From: a virus
Taxonomy: Duplodnaviria > Heunggongvirae > Uroviricota > Caudoviricetes
Length of the DNA stretch: 64,000 nt
Strand: one strand, 5' to 3'
IMG/VR virus record: IMGVR_UViG_3300025430_000014
Span: 30,682-94,681 of that record
Made by a program: the position numbers and the translations under genes. The notes beneath the pieces are model-generated. The model was not told where the DNA came from. It was given only the letters and a program-made list of their open reading frames with translations, and did no database searches. The stretch's first letter is position 1. Each line of letters begins with the position of its first letter. Below are positions 30,894 to 40,653 of this stretch, piece by piece.

Positions 30894-33800
30894 TCAAATT
30901 GAACACTCAACACCTTTTAATAACAATGCAGCATCACCACCATATGGTGAATTATTAATTGCACAAATTGCACTATTTACATCTATAGTTTGATTAGAGA
31001 AAACAGTTCCATTACAATCTGTATAGTTTACACCAAGTAGTGGATTAGCAGTTTCATTAGTATAAGTGTAACATACTGTAGGAGGAGTTGTTGTTGTTGT
31101 GGTTGTAGTGGTAGTAGTGCATTCAACACATACAGCAGTTCCTGCTGCTGCACAACTATCTGATATAAATACAGCACCCCCTGCTACAGCACAGTTTGAT
31201 ATAGTGGTAGTTGTAGTAGTGGTAGTTGGTGTAGGTATTTCATTTATAGCTACAGCTTGTAAATTACATCCTTCATTTAATCCAGAATAAAAGAATGTTT
31301 GATCTGTTACATAGAAGTTTGGAAGATAGCTATGGAAGCTCACCCAGCTCTTACTATTGAAATTAAATGAAATAGTGAAGCTCTTATTACAGAAGTATTG
31401 TCTATCTGTAAGCTGTACCACCTTTCTTAATGTAGTGGATCCATAAGTCTTATTTACATAAAACTCTTGTGTAGATGAATCATATTGTACACCACTATTG
31501 CTAAGAGGAATATAATCAAGCTTTGTAATAATCACTCTATCATACTTGGCATCATATACACCATGTAGTCCTAATCCATTATAATGATTATCTGTGTTTA
31601 CTGTAGGGAAGTAGTTGAGAATTTGGAATGGTAAGTAGTTTGAAAAGAACCTATTCATTCCAGATCCAAATGCAGCCATGTCTGTAGGCATATATCTACC
31701 ATACATACTTAGACTAATTAGAAATATTTGACCTCTTTTAGCATCTACAGATATTTGTCCTTCAGGTATTTTTATCAGAAGTTTATTCTGAGTACCCATA
31801 TATCCTATATCTGTTTCAGCAAAATCTTGTGGAGGAGCAGATTTAAATAATTGATCATTACCTAAATAAGCAGCTTGAGGATTACTTGTATTAATTGTAA
31901 GTAGAGAGTTATATACAAATCCTTTGTTCTCAAATCTAGCCAATATCCCTTTGTTCTGAATACCATCTAATGCTACAAGCTTACCATAATTCTCAGGGAA
32001 GTCAAAGAAAGATACTGGTCTATATATCAACCAGTTATTCACTCTATTATCTACATAGCTTTGTTGAGGATCAGAATAGATTGCTCTAAATGGAAAATTA
32101 GTATAACATTGATCATCAGTCCAGTTTATAGGCAAGTGGGAGAAATAGTTCTCTTTATTCTGCTTAGAAAAAGTTACATTATATGTATATGTATTATCAA
32201 AAGCAATTGGTACAAATGCTTGTTGTAACCAGTTATCAGGAATACCTGTGCTTACATGTGGATAAAAGTCTCCTTCTTGATTATTAAATGCTTGACGTAA
32301 GTCTACATTAATAGAAGACTCTGTATAATAGTAAGGAATACCATATGCAAATAAATACATCTTACCAGTGTAAGTGGCATTTAATGGAGCAGATGTTACA
32401 TTACCATTAGGAGAAGCTGTAGTGGAACTTGTTGTTGTAGTGGTTCCTTGTAATACTGTACCTCCAGTGGAGCAATCAAAGTTATGAGCTTTAATTGATA
32501 TGATATTATTAAGTAGTACGTTATTAGGGGTGGTCCAGTTGTACAAGATAGATCTAGCAGAGTGCCAGTATTGTGGAAATGCTACATTACCAATCTCATC
32601 ATAAAATATATCACTATCATCAGGAGCATTCACTCTATTATCTATAAAGAAAGGAAGCTTTGTTTTAAATGCAAATCTACCAATGAATGTATCTCCACCA
32701 AATATCATTCCTGGATCAGATGCAGGAAGTGCTTTGAATATTCTTTGGAATCCTGTATCAATTGTTGTATATGAATACATTTCTCCCCATTGATCAGGAG
32801 ATATCACCTTTATAGATCCATAATAAGAAACAACATCAATTGGATTTAAAAACTCTGGAGTATCACAATGTCCACTTTGAGAAAGTGTAAACCTAGATGA
32901 ATCAGAAATTAAACTTCCATTATTACCAATTAAAGATGGAGTGGCATTAGGAAAAGGAAGACTATCAACATATAAAGAATTTCTTGTGTCTATAGTTTTC
33001 ATATAAACAGAAGATTCTCTTTGATAATTATTTACATTCCATACATCTCCTACAGATTCAACACCAGGAATAAGATATTGACATATGTCAAGTTCTCTTT
33101 GTTTAATACCTAGATTATTATCTATATCAGAAGAGTAGTCATAGGTAGCTACAGAGTTAAAAGAATAAGCATAGTTTTGTCTACTGATACCGTTTATATA
33201 TATTTGTATATATGCTTGATATGCAGTAAACATTGCTGTTGCATTAAATCCTCCTAAGTTAGCAATAGCATAACTTGAAACTAATGCAGCCAATTGAGCA
33301 TCTCTAGTAAGAAGTTTATATTGTGCATTATTCTTCACTGGTACAAAATGAGCTTGTCCAGCACCATACATTACATTCTCTAACTTAAGAACAGTTCCTA
33401 ATGTAGGTTGTCCAAAAGAAGTTTCAGGAGAATTAAATACCATTCTATATTTAGAATCAGCTTGAAACCCATCTAATTGAGAAGGATAACATGCAACATT
33501 CTTATCACTTTCTAAAATACTATATTTACTTGATCCACCTACACGAACAGGTATAGTAGATGAGTTTAATGTTTGAGGATCAATAGCATACACTCTAGCA
33601 ACTTGTAATGTTGTTGTATTTGGATCAGTGTATTGAAAATCTGTATAATTAACAGTTCCATCAACATATGAAGTTAATACAAATGATATAGATGTAACAT
33701 TAGTGATTGTTGCTGTTCCAGACAATACCACTGGATAACTAATAGAACACACTTGTGTTAAAGTGGTTGGCATATCTACAGTGATTAAAACTCCATCATT

Positions 33801-35735
33801 ACAATCATTATATTGTATTGTGCCAGGTGTTGTTACTACTAATTTATAGGTTTGACACTGTTGATTAAATGCATTGTTCTGTGTAAGAAGGAATGGATCT
33901 GGATCAAGGTCATTATAAGGATAGTTTGGATAGTAGTAATAAGTTGGTGAAGGATTGTTTAATGTATTACTATCTCTTGTATACTTACCTACATTTCTTA
34001 ATATACCTTTACCTATAATAGATCTATTAGTTGATCTATCTCCTCTAACTATTTTAAATCCAATAATCTGAGCTTTTTGTTCTGCTGTAAGATTAGATGC
34101 AGTGATTAATTCTGTGATTTGTTCTGGATCTATCTTAACACCAATAGGATATACAGCATCTGCTGTTTGCATTTCTACTTGATACTTATTATTAATAATA
34201 ATAGGATTGGCACTTTCAAATGCAGGACTCACTAATATATCAGGAAACTTATGATGTCTTATATGTTGACCAGCAAGATCTCCCCAAACTAATGTATCAC
34301 AAGGATAAGTATCTATTGATTCCCAATATGCAAACTCACCATATTGATACGGAGTGGCATTACCAATATTAGGACCTGTAGCATCACCTAATACAGAAGC
34401 TGTATTATATATTTGCCAATAAGGTGCACTAGTTCCATTACCAATAAAGTCAGGATTTGTACTAGGTACATCTGGTTGGGAGAACTCATTATAGTTCTTT
34501 GCTCTACCAGGAATATGAAAACCATCTGTTTGCTTGCCATTATCTAATAGAAATACTATCTCAAAAGGATATATCTCATCTCTAAGATAACCTCTTAAGT
34601 TAGTAGCATTGAATGGATCTGCATAATTCTCTGTAGCAGGAATTCTATAGGTTTCCCATAATAGAGTGATCTGACTAGCAATAGACTGATAATTAATCTT
34701 ATCTATAGATGTAAGATTGTCCCATATAAGTATATCTCTTGCAGTGGTTAAATCTTGTGCAATATCGTAGTATGGAAACTTTTCAAATATATCATCAAGT
34801 GTAAGAGGAATAGAAGTTACGTTCTGTCCTGTATAGGTTATTTGTTTTGTTGTATTATCAATAAAATAAGTACCTACTAATTCAACAGAGGTAATATCAT
34901 TTATTGTTTTTATTACAGCTATGTTATAATATTGAAAGTATCCTGTAACATCTATATTACTGATATCCAATACAATAGACTTACTCACTGGATAATTAAA
35001 ATCAGGAGTGGTTAATTGTGGATTAGCAATTGGTGTAGGATTAGTTATAGAGTAGTAAGATGTATAAGGATCTCCAAAAGCTGTACCATATTGTATTGCA
35101 AATTGGTATGTACCAGCAAGTAAATTACCACCATTAACAACACTATTTACAGAGAGTTCTGGAATAGCAAAGTTAGGTTGTACCTTTAATTTGTTGCAAT
35201 CAACAACTCCTGTATCAGGAGTGTTTTCACAAATAGTTTCTCCTGGGATTGTTACCCAAGGTGGATTTTGTAAGTCTATAAATCTTCTAGGATTATATCC
35301 ATCTGTCCAATAAACTTCTGTTGTACAGTTGGTAATTTTGTGTACAGCTTTGAGAATTGGATAGTTTATATTAAAATTAAGACAAGGAGCATTAATGTAT
35401 GTAACATAATTACAATCATTATTTACCATATATCCTATTTCACAATCTCCTGTTTCAGGATGTGTTAGAAAGAATACATGTTTATTTTGTTCTGGAATAA
35501 AATGCTCTCCAAGAACATGATAATTTGCAGGGAAGTTTAGACATAACTCATTACCTGGCTCATTCTGATAGTTAACAGAAGCTGAGTCATAGTTTTCTAA
35601 AGCAGCATTTAGTGCATAAGTGAGACTACCTTTCTCTATCTGGTTCACAGATAGATCCATGTTTAATCCTTTTCTACCTAGATTAAACTCACTTCTAACA
35701 TTACCTTGTTGTGATTGTTGTTCTTGTTCAGCCAT
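30894..35735 (-). CDS. Giant virion protein (1613 aa) with C-terminal poly-Thr linkers (TTTTTTTTISNC...TTTTTTTTTTTPPTV). Candidate tail/muzzle/baseplate protein
   Basis: Complete ORF, ATG at 35735. The poly-Thr runs are encoded at ~31080-31250. Confidence 0.8.
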   Translation of the reverse strand: MAEQEQQSQQGNVRSEFNLGRKGLNMDLSVNQIEKGSLTYALNAALENYDSASVNYQNEPGNELCLNFPANYHVLGEHFIPEQNKHVFFLTHPETGDCEIGYMVNNDCNYVTYINAPCLNFNINYPILKAVHKITNCTTEVYWTDGYNPRRFIDLQNPPWVTIPGETICENTPDTGVVDCNKLKVQPNFAIPELSVNSVVNGGNLLAGTYQFAIQYGTAFGDPYTSYYSITNPTPIANPQLTTPDFNYPVSKSIVLDISNIDVTGYFQYYNIAVIKTINDITSVELVGTYFIDNTTKQITYTGQNVTSIPLTLDDIFEKFPYYDIAQDLTTARDILIWDNLTSIDKINYQSIASQITLLWETYRIPATENYADPFNATNLRGYLRDEIYPFEIVFLLDNGKQTDGFHIPGRAKNYNEFSQPDVPSTNPDFIGNGTSAPYWQIYNTASVLGDATGPNIGNATPYQYGEFAYWESIDTYPCDTLVWGDLAGQHIRHHKFPDILVSPAFESANPIIINNKYQVEMQTADAVYPIGVKIDPEQITELITASNLTAEQKAQIIGFKIVRGDRSTNRSIIGKGILRNVGKYTRDSNTLNNPSPTYYYYPNYPYNDLDPDPFLLTQNNAFNQQCQTYKLVVTTPGTIQYNDCNDGVLITVDMPTTLTQVCSISYPVVLSGTATITNVTSISFVLTSYVDGTVNYTDFQYTDPNTTTLQVARVYAIDPQTLNSSTIPVRVGGSSKYSILESDKNVACYPSQLDGFQADSKYRMVFNSPETSFGQPTLGTVLKLENVMYGAGQAHFVPVKNNAQYKLLTRDAQLAALVSSYAIANLGGFNATAMFTAYQAYIQIYINGISRQNYAYSFNSVATYDYSSDIDNNLGIKQRELDICQYLIPGVESVGDVWNVNNYQRESSVYMKTIDTRNSLYVDSLPFPNATPSLIGNNGSLISDSSRFTLSQSGHCDTPEFLNPIDVVSYYGSIKVISPDQWGEMYSYTTIDTGFQRIFKALPASDPGMIFGGDTFIGRFAFKTKLPFFIDNRVNAPDDSDIFYDEIGNVAFPQYWHSARSILYNWTTPNNVLLNNIISIKAHNFDCSTGGTVLQGTTTTTSSTTASPNGNVTSAPLNATYTGKMYLFAYGIPYYYTESSINVDLRQAFNNQEGDFYPHVSTGIPDNWLQQAFVPIAFDNTYTYNVTFSKQNKENYFSHLPINWTDDQCYTNFPFRAIYSDPQQSYVDNRVNNWLIYRPVSFFDFPENYGKLVALDGIQNKGILARFENKGFVYNSLLTINTSNPQAAYLGNDQLFKSAPPQDFAETDIGYMGTQNKLLIKIPEGQISVDAKRGQIFLISLSMYGRYMPTDMAAFGSGMNRFFSNYLPFQILNYFPTVNTDNHYNGLGLHGVYDAKYDRVIITKLDYIPLSNSGVQYDSSTQEFYVNKTYGSTTLRKVVQLTDRQYFCNKSFTISFNFNSKSWVSFHSYLPNFYVTDQTFFYSGLNEGCNLQAVAINEIPTPTTTTTTTTISNCAVAGGAVFISDSCAAAGTAVCVECTTTTTTTTTTTPPTVCYTYTNETANPLLGVNYTDCNGTVFSNQTIDVNSAICAINNSPYGGDAALLLKGVECSI

Positions 35736-35742
35736 AGTTTAT

Positions 35743-36774
35743 TTATTGGGTGCCACCATAGTAAGAATTTCCACTATATCCATATCCACCATTTACACTA
35801 GAATATCCATAATCTCCATTAGGACTAGCGTTTGGTAATTCATACATCTGATTTCTATTAAGATCATTTTTAATTCTTCTTTGTTTTTCCCAAGAAGTTT
35901 GTTTCTTAATTTCAATATCAGCCATTATGAATGCTTCATCATGTAGTCCTTTATAATATCCTAACTTCTGTTGTATCTGAACAAATGTCTCATCATTAAT
36001 CTGATTTGATAATGTTTCAAACATTTTCCATTTAATGAATGCTTCCACAAACTCTCTAACACGATAGTTATCAGGAACTAATTGATTACCAATTTGATCA
36101 TATTCTGTTACATAGAACACAAGATGCACTATGCCAGATCTAAAGTTTGTAACAAATTTATTATCTCTAATGTCAAATGAATCATAGCTAGCAGCTCCTG
36201 GAGTGAACTCACGTAATGGAGGAGCATAGTTTACAAATTCCCAAGCATCAGTATATTGTACATCACAATTCTTTTTTACAGATATATTACCTGGCTTAAG
36301 TAAGTATTGTTGTTGATAAGATCTAGGAATGGTACCATTTGTTTTATATACAGCTTGTACAAGCTCAGGCATACATCTTCCATCACAACCAGGAGTTTGA
36401 CAATTAGGATTACCAGAAACACAAGGAGCTCCAGCAATTGTTATAGGACTCACCTGTATAGTTGTTCTATCAACAGCTTGTGTGTATAGTGAATTAGCTG
36501 ATTGATAAGGGTAATTAGGAATCTCTGCACACATCCAAGCTTCTCTTACAGCAATAAAATTGTCTGGAAGTCTAGCTTGAAAATCTTCAATGTATAAAGG
36601 TTGTTCTTGTATAACATAAGATGACTTGCCCAACTTTCTAAGACATTTGTCTAAGTAGGTTGGAAACAATAGATCATCTATTGCTCCTGTATCAAAATAA
36701 CTTTTTAATTCTTCCCTAACTGTTGAATAAATTGGTTCAGGGGAGACAAAGTTGTACTTGTAATAATATGACAT
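35743..36774 (-). CDS. Structural protein (343 aa), Cys-containing, Gly/Tyr-rich C-terminus
   Basis: Complete ORF, ATG 36774. Confidence 0.75.
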   Translation of the reverse strand: MSYYYKYNFVSPEPIYSTVREELKSYFDTGAIDDLLFPTYLDKCLRKLGKSSYVIQEQPLYIEDFQARLPDNFIAVREAWMCAEIPNYPYQSANSLYTQAVDRTTIQVSPITIAGAPCVSGNPNCQTPGCDGRCMPELVQAVYKTNGTIPRSYQQQYLLKPGNISVKKNCDVQYTDAWEFVNYAPPLREFTPGAASYDSFDIRDNKFVTNFRSGIVHLVFYVTEYDQIGNQLVPDNYRVREFVEAFIKWKMFETLSNQINDETFVQIQQKLGYYKGLHDEAFIMADIEIKKQTSWEKQRRIKNDLNRNQMYELPNASPNGDYGYSSVNGGYGYSGNSYYGGTQ

Positions 36775-36780
36775 ATTATT

Positions 36781-37257
36781 TTATTTTATCCACTCACAAT
36801 AAATATGTTGATATTTATCATCAGCGTTTATGTAATGAGATAGTAATCTTGATGTAACTCTAGAGGGTTTAAAATACCAAAGGTCCACATTCTTTAATCT
36901 AGCTGACTCTTTAAACCATACCCATCCGAAGAAATATCCTTCTGTATGATAATTAAAATTATATATGCGTTTTCCTTTCTCTTTGCTTCTTTTCCAATCT
37001 ACAGGAAGATTAATATATTCCTTACCATTGATATCTTTAAGCTTCTTTCTTTTCTTCTTATTTATAGAGAAGTCTCCAAAACCAAATGGAAGCTTACACT
37101 TTTCACCAGTCTCCAGTATGTAGATTTTAAACTGTTCGTTAAATAGATAGATGATGTTTCTCCACTCATTAAATGTTAATTTTAAAGTGGGATTCTTTTT
37201 ACAAAAGTCATTATAGTTTTCTTTACTTGAGCTTCTCCAATCTATTTTTGTACGCAT
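36781..37257 (-). CDS. Hypothetical protein (158 aa), basic
   Basis: Complete ORF. Its ATG overlaps the upstream stop (TAATG). Confidence 0.7.
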   Translation of the reverse strand: MRTKIDWRSSSKENYNDFCKKNPTLKLTFNEWRNIIYLFNEQFKIYILETGEKCKLPFGFGDFSINKKKRKKLKDINGKEYINLPVDWKRSKEKGKRIYNFNYHTEGYFFGWVWFKESARLKNVDLWYFKPSRVTSRLLSHYINADDKYQHIYCEWIK

Positions 37258-37988
37258 TAATTTGTTGGTTTTGCATTAGGTGCTTGACCATCTACATTAT
37301 CTGAAGTCATATCTGATTTAATGTTAAAATATGTACTTAGTAATCTCTGAGAGGTAAGATCTAATACTTGTTTTTCTAAATATCCAGGACATCCATATTC
37401 TTTATCTAAAGGATTTACACACAACTCATCTGTTGTATAGCTTCCACATCCACAACCAATCGTTGGATACATAATCTCATTAGGAACATCTTCTTCAAAG
37501 AATGCAGAGAATCGTATAGCTTTTAGTAAAGGATTGTTTACATAAACATATCCTCCATTAGCTATCCAATAGTATTGTTCATTTTTTATTATAGGAAGCT
37601 TTAATAAGTTTAAATATCTATTGATAGTAACCTCTTTAAACTTCCTTCCTTGACCACCCATTGCATTTATTGAATAAACACCTTGGATGAGATATTGATA
37701 GTTTCCTTCACTCATGCGAGGAAGCTTATACTTACTTCTAGCAACTTGACAAGGATCTGTATATCCACAGCATTCAGAAATAGGAACTTCTATCATCTCT
37801 AAACAAGGGATGGTAGTAAATAATGTATCAGTAGCCCAAAGCTTTCTGAGATTAGTTTCTCTCTTTATTAATAACTGTGTATTGTTTTTAATCTCAGAAG
37901 CTATCGCTCTGTTGGTTATTAGACCATCAGAGGATAGCAATTTGTGAGTTGACCTCACATCTGAAACTAATTTACGTAATGTTGCCAT
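37257..37988 (-). CDS. Hypothetical structural-operon protein (243 aa)
   Basis: Complete ORF; 1-nt overlaps on both ends. Confidence 0.7.
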   Translation of the reverse strand: MATLRKLVSDVRSTHKLLSSDGLITNRAIASEIKNNTQLLIKRETNLRKLWATDTLFTTIPCLEMIEVPISECCGYTDPCQVARSKYKLPRMSEGNYQYLIQGVYSINAMGGQGRKFKEVTINRYLNLLKLPIIKNEQYYWIANGGYVYVNNPLLKAIRFSAFFEEDVPNEIMYPTIGCGCGSYTTDELCVNPLDKEYGCPGYLEKQVLDLTSQRLLSTYFNIKSDMTSDNVDGQAPNAKPTN

Positions 37989-39238
37989 TATAAGTATTGT
38001 TTAAATATATTTGTCATTCCTGACACTTCTTCTATTAAGAATCCTGTCACTTCAGCTTTAGACATTGTGTGACCATTTTTATCATCCCAAAGACTCTTAG
38101 CATTAGAGAATGCTGGAATTTGATAAAATTTAATACCATTGAAGTCATGACTCACTTCATGATGCTTATCTCCTGTGAAGATATAAAAGTTCTGGTGGAA
38201 AGACCAACCATCTTTAAACTCCATTGGAAATAAAGCTGCTAACTTAGCAGGCTTGATAGCATCTCCATGATTGAACATTAATGCTGAGTTACCATATGTT
38301 ACATACTTTCTATACTTAGGACTAATGTCAAACGTAAGTCTATTTGTATTTCTGAAATAAGCCTGTAACCATGTAATCATATGCCATCCTACAAACTCAT
38401 CATGATTACCTGCTACATACACTACATTCACATTTTGAGCATACTGTAATAACATTGTAATTACGAATATCTCATGTTCACATATAAACTGAAAAGAATC
38501 CTGATATGTATGTGTGTTTGTTTGAGGAGTTCCTTTTGTTGTAGTTCCTGTGAACTCACTATTAAACTCATCAGATCCAATGATGTATGTAATTTGATCT
38601 AGGTTATTTGAAAGTTGTGCTTGGTTAGCAATTACTTCTAACTTATATACAATCTCACCTAATCTTTTAGAAATGTCATTATTACCATCAATGTCATATT
38701 TATTTAGATGAGCATCTTGTTTATTGATAACTAACATTGCAGGGCATTTACCTCCAGAGAACTTAGGACTCATGATCTCCTGACTAATAGGCTCATATGA
38801 ACTTAAAAAGTCTACAAACGAATCTTGAAAAACTTGTTCTGTAGACTTCTTACCTAACCATGCTTTAACTTGCCAATGTGGCTGTCCAGAGTTTCCCCAG
38901 AAGTTCTGTACGTATTTAGTTACTTCCCACTTCTCTGTATCTATATTACATTTTTCAATTAGATCTTCTAAACTCTTAATCTCTTCTTTAACATTAGCTA
39001 CCACTTCACCTGTTCCTTTAACCACATCTTCTGTAAACTTAACTACTAGGTCTTCTAAATCACTTATGTAGTTTCCTATCTCTGCATCATCTTCCGCTTG
39101 TTCTTTTGTCTTCATACCACTCAGTAACTCATCTATCTCATTTTCTGTGATTCCAAGCTTTTCAGCATAGAATTTCTTTGATTTTTTCCAGTGTAACATT
39201 TGTTGAAGCTGCTGAAGAAGTGATTGGTTTTCAGACAT
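37988..39238 (-). CDS. Calcineurin-like metallophosphoesterase (416 aa)
   Basis: Motifs appear in order: DAH (DxH), GSDEF, VVYVAGNHDEF (GNHD/E), FNHGD, TGDKHHE (GHxH-like). Confidence 0.55.
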   Translation of the reverse strand: MSENQSLLQQLQQMLHWKKSKKFYAEKLGITENEIDELLSGMKTKEQAEDDAEIGNYISDLEDLVVKFTEDVVKGTGEVVANVKEEIKSLEDLIEKCNIDTEKWEVTKYVQNFWGNSGQPHWQVKAWLGKKSTEQVFQDSFVDFLSSYEPISQEIMSPKFSGGKCPAMLVINKQDAHLNKYDIDGNNDISKRLGEIVYKLEVIANQAQLSNNLDQITYIIGSDEFNSEFTGTTTKGTPQTNTHTYQDSFQFICEHEIFVITMLLQYAQNVNVVYVAGNHDEFVGWHMITWLQAYFRNTNRLTFDISPKYRKYVTYGNSALMFNHGDAIKPAKLAALFPMEFKDGWSFHQNFYIFTGDKHHEVSHDFNGIKFYQIPAFSNAKSLWDDKNGHTMSKAEVTGFLIEEVSGMTNIFKQYL

Positions 39239-39345
39239 ATATGTTTTTTTTTGGTTAAAATTACTGTAAAGATATACTATTATTAGGTAATTACCAAATT
39301 TAATTAACTGATTAGGTTAAACTATATAATCAAATTAATTAGAAA

Positions 39346-39378
39346 TTAAATAAAAACTCCCAGCCTAGAAAGGCCAGG
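39346..39378 (-). terminator. Candidate intrinsic terminator downstream of the 39419..39937 gene
   Basis: Minus-strand RNA: CCUGGCC-UUUCUA-GGCUGGG (7-bp stem with two G-U pairs) followed by AGUUUUUAUUU. A second hairpin with a T6 run in the plus orientation lies at 39386-39412 (cctgt-N10-acagg-gtttttt). Confidence 0.4.
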
Positions 39379-39418
39379 AGAACTTCCTGTAAACCAACAA
39401 ACAGGGTTTTTTAATATA

Positions 39419-39937
39419 TTAACATGCTCCTAGCACTGTAACTACACCCACTGAACTGATATGACCGTAGTTTACATTTTGCCAGTATACAAATCCTGTA
39501 CCATCAAATAAGGTTCTATCAGCATTATATAGAACATCCCCATCAACTAAATATGTATAATTATAAGAATATACTACAGTTGTTTGTGGTTGACTACATG
39601 CATCTGGACCGCTTACATTTGAAGGAGCTATATAGAATGAATTAGAAGGAGGTCCTACTGTAGTGGTTGTTGTAGTTGTGCTACTACTTGTACTAGTTGT
39701 AGTTGTAGTGGGAGCACCTACAATAGGCATATAAAGATCTCTAACACAAGTTCCTGTAGACATTGCAAGGATGGTTGTACTACCATCTGGAACCACTGTA
39801 GAAGTGTAACCAGCAAGTAAGGCTGTTCTAGATATTCCTGTAGCAAAAGGAGTTGTATACCCATCTGCATCTGAATAAAGATTAAATGGTCCTACATCTG
39901 TTCCTGCTAGTGTGAAAGTTATTGTTACTGTGTACAT
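39419..39937 (-). CDS. Structural protein (172 aa) with N-terminal GPF module and poly-Thr/Ser linker
   Basis: Complete ORF. Paralogous N-terminus to 30008..30874. Linker TTTTTSTSSSTTTTTTT. Confidence 0.7.
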   Translation of the reverse strand: MYTVTITFTLAGTDVGPFNLYSDADGYTTPFATGISRTALLAGYTSTVVPDGSTTILAMSTGTCVRDLYMPIVGAPTTTTTSTSSSTTTTTTTVGPPSNSFYIAPSNVSGPDACSQPQTTVVYSYNYTYLVDGDVLYNADRTLFDGTGFVYWQNVNYGHISSVGVVTVLGAC

Positions 39938-39956
39938 ATATTAAATGTTAAAAAGA

Positions 39957-40652
39957 TTAAGGGGTACAGTTACTAGTTACAGATCTTGCTGTTATATTAG
40001 AATGATTATAAGTATCTCTTAAAGCATTCCACCAAGTACCATTTGGTTCATTTTCGTATGTAAATGAATTACTTCCAGGTGATACACTCTGCCAAGATGT
40101 TGCAGCAAGTGCAGCAGCTTCTGAAGAATAATATCCTATTGTTATATCAAAATCACCGCTACCTCCAGCAAGTGATGTTGCTAACCAATTATTTTCTGTT
40201 CCATTACAAGATGCAGCAATTGAAAAACTAACTGGAACTACAGCATGAGTTGTTGTTGTTGTTGTAGTTGGTGTTGCAGTGGTTGTTGTACTAGTTGTAC
40301 TAGTGGTACTTGTTGTACTTGTAGTAGTGGTAGATGATGTGGATGATGTAGAAGAGGTAGTAGTTGTAGTTGATGTACAGTTACTAACTAATGTACAAAA
40401 CTCTGCACTCAGTGATGGACTAGCTGCAATTGCAGCTAATATAGTTGCTGGGTTAAGGGCATTATCTATTTTTTGAAAAGCTAATGTAGCACAATCACCA
40501 GTTTTAATTCCTGTATAAGGAAGATTAGTACCTGTATATATTACATCATTTGTACTATATACAAAAGATGCACAGCCAGGACCTCCTGGAGGTAATACTA
40601 AATATTTACCATAGCATGGATCTCCAGGTTGACAAGGAAGAGGTATGTTCAT
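39957..40652 (-). CDS. Tail fibre / receptor-binding protein paralog (231 aa): conserved N-terminal fibre module, 45-residue poly-Thr/Ser linker, distinct C-terminal domain
   Basis: N-terminus ...CASFVYSTNDVIYTGTNLPYTGIKTGDCATLAFQKIDNAL matches the collagen-fibre N-terminus ...ACVFYEGEDLIYIGVNTNDTLELALQKINIAV. Confidence 0.7.
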   Translation of the reverse strand: MNIPLPCQPGDPCYGKYLVLPPGGPGCASFVYSTNDVIYTGTNLPYTGIKTGDCATLAFQKIDNALNPATILAAIAASPSLSAEFCTLVSNCTSTTTTTSSTSSTSSTTTTSTTSTTSTTSTTTTATPTTTTTTTHAVVPVSFSIAASCNGTENNWLATSLAGGSGDFDITIGYYSSEAAALAATSWQSVSPGSNSFTYENEPNGTWWNALRDTYNHSNITARSVTSNCTP

Positions 40653-40653
40653 A

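Noticed and set aside
31099-31290. ORF MVVVVVVHSTH... and similar 40279..40476, 43153..43354
   Set aside because: Antisense shadows of poly-Thr/Ser linker codons (act/agt runs read as gtt/gta)
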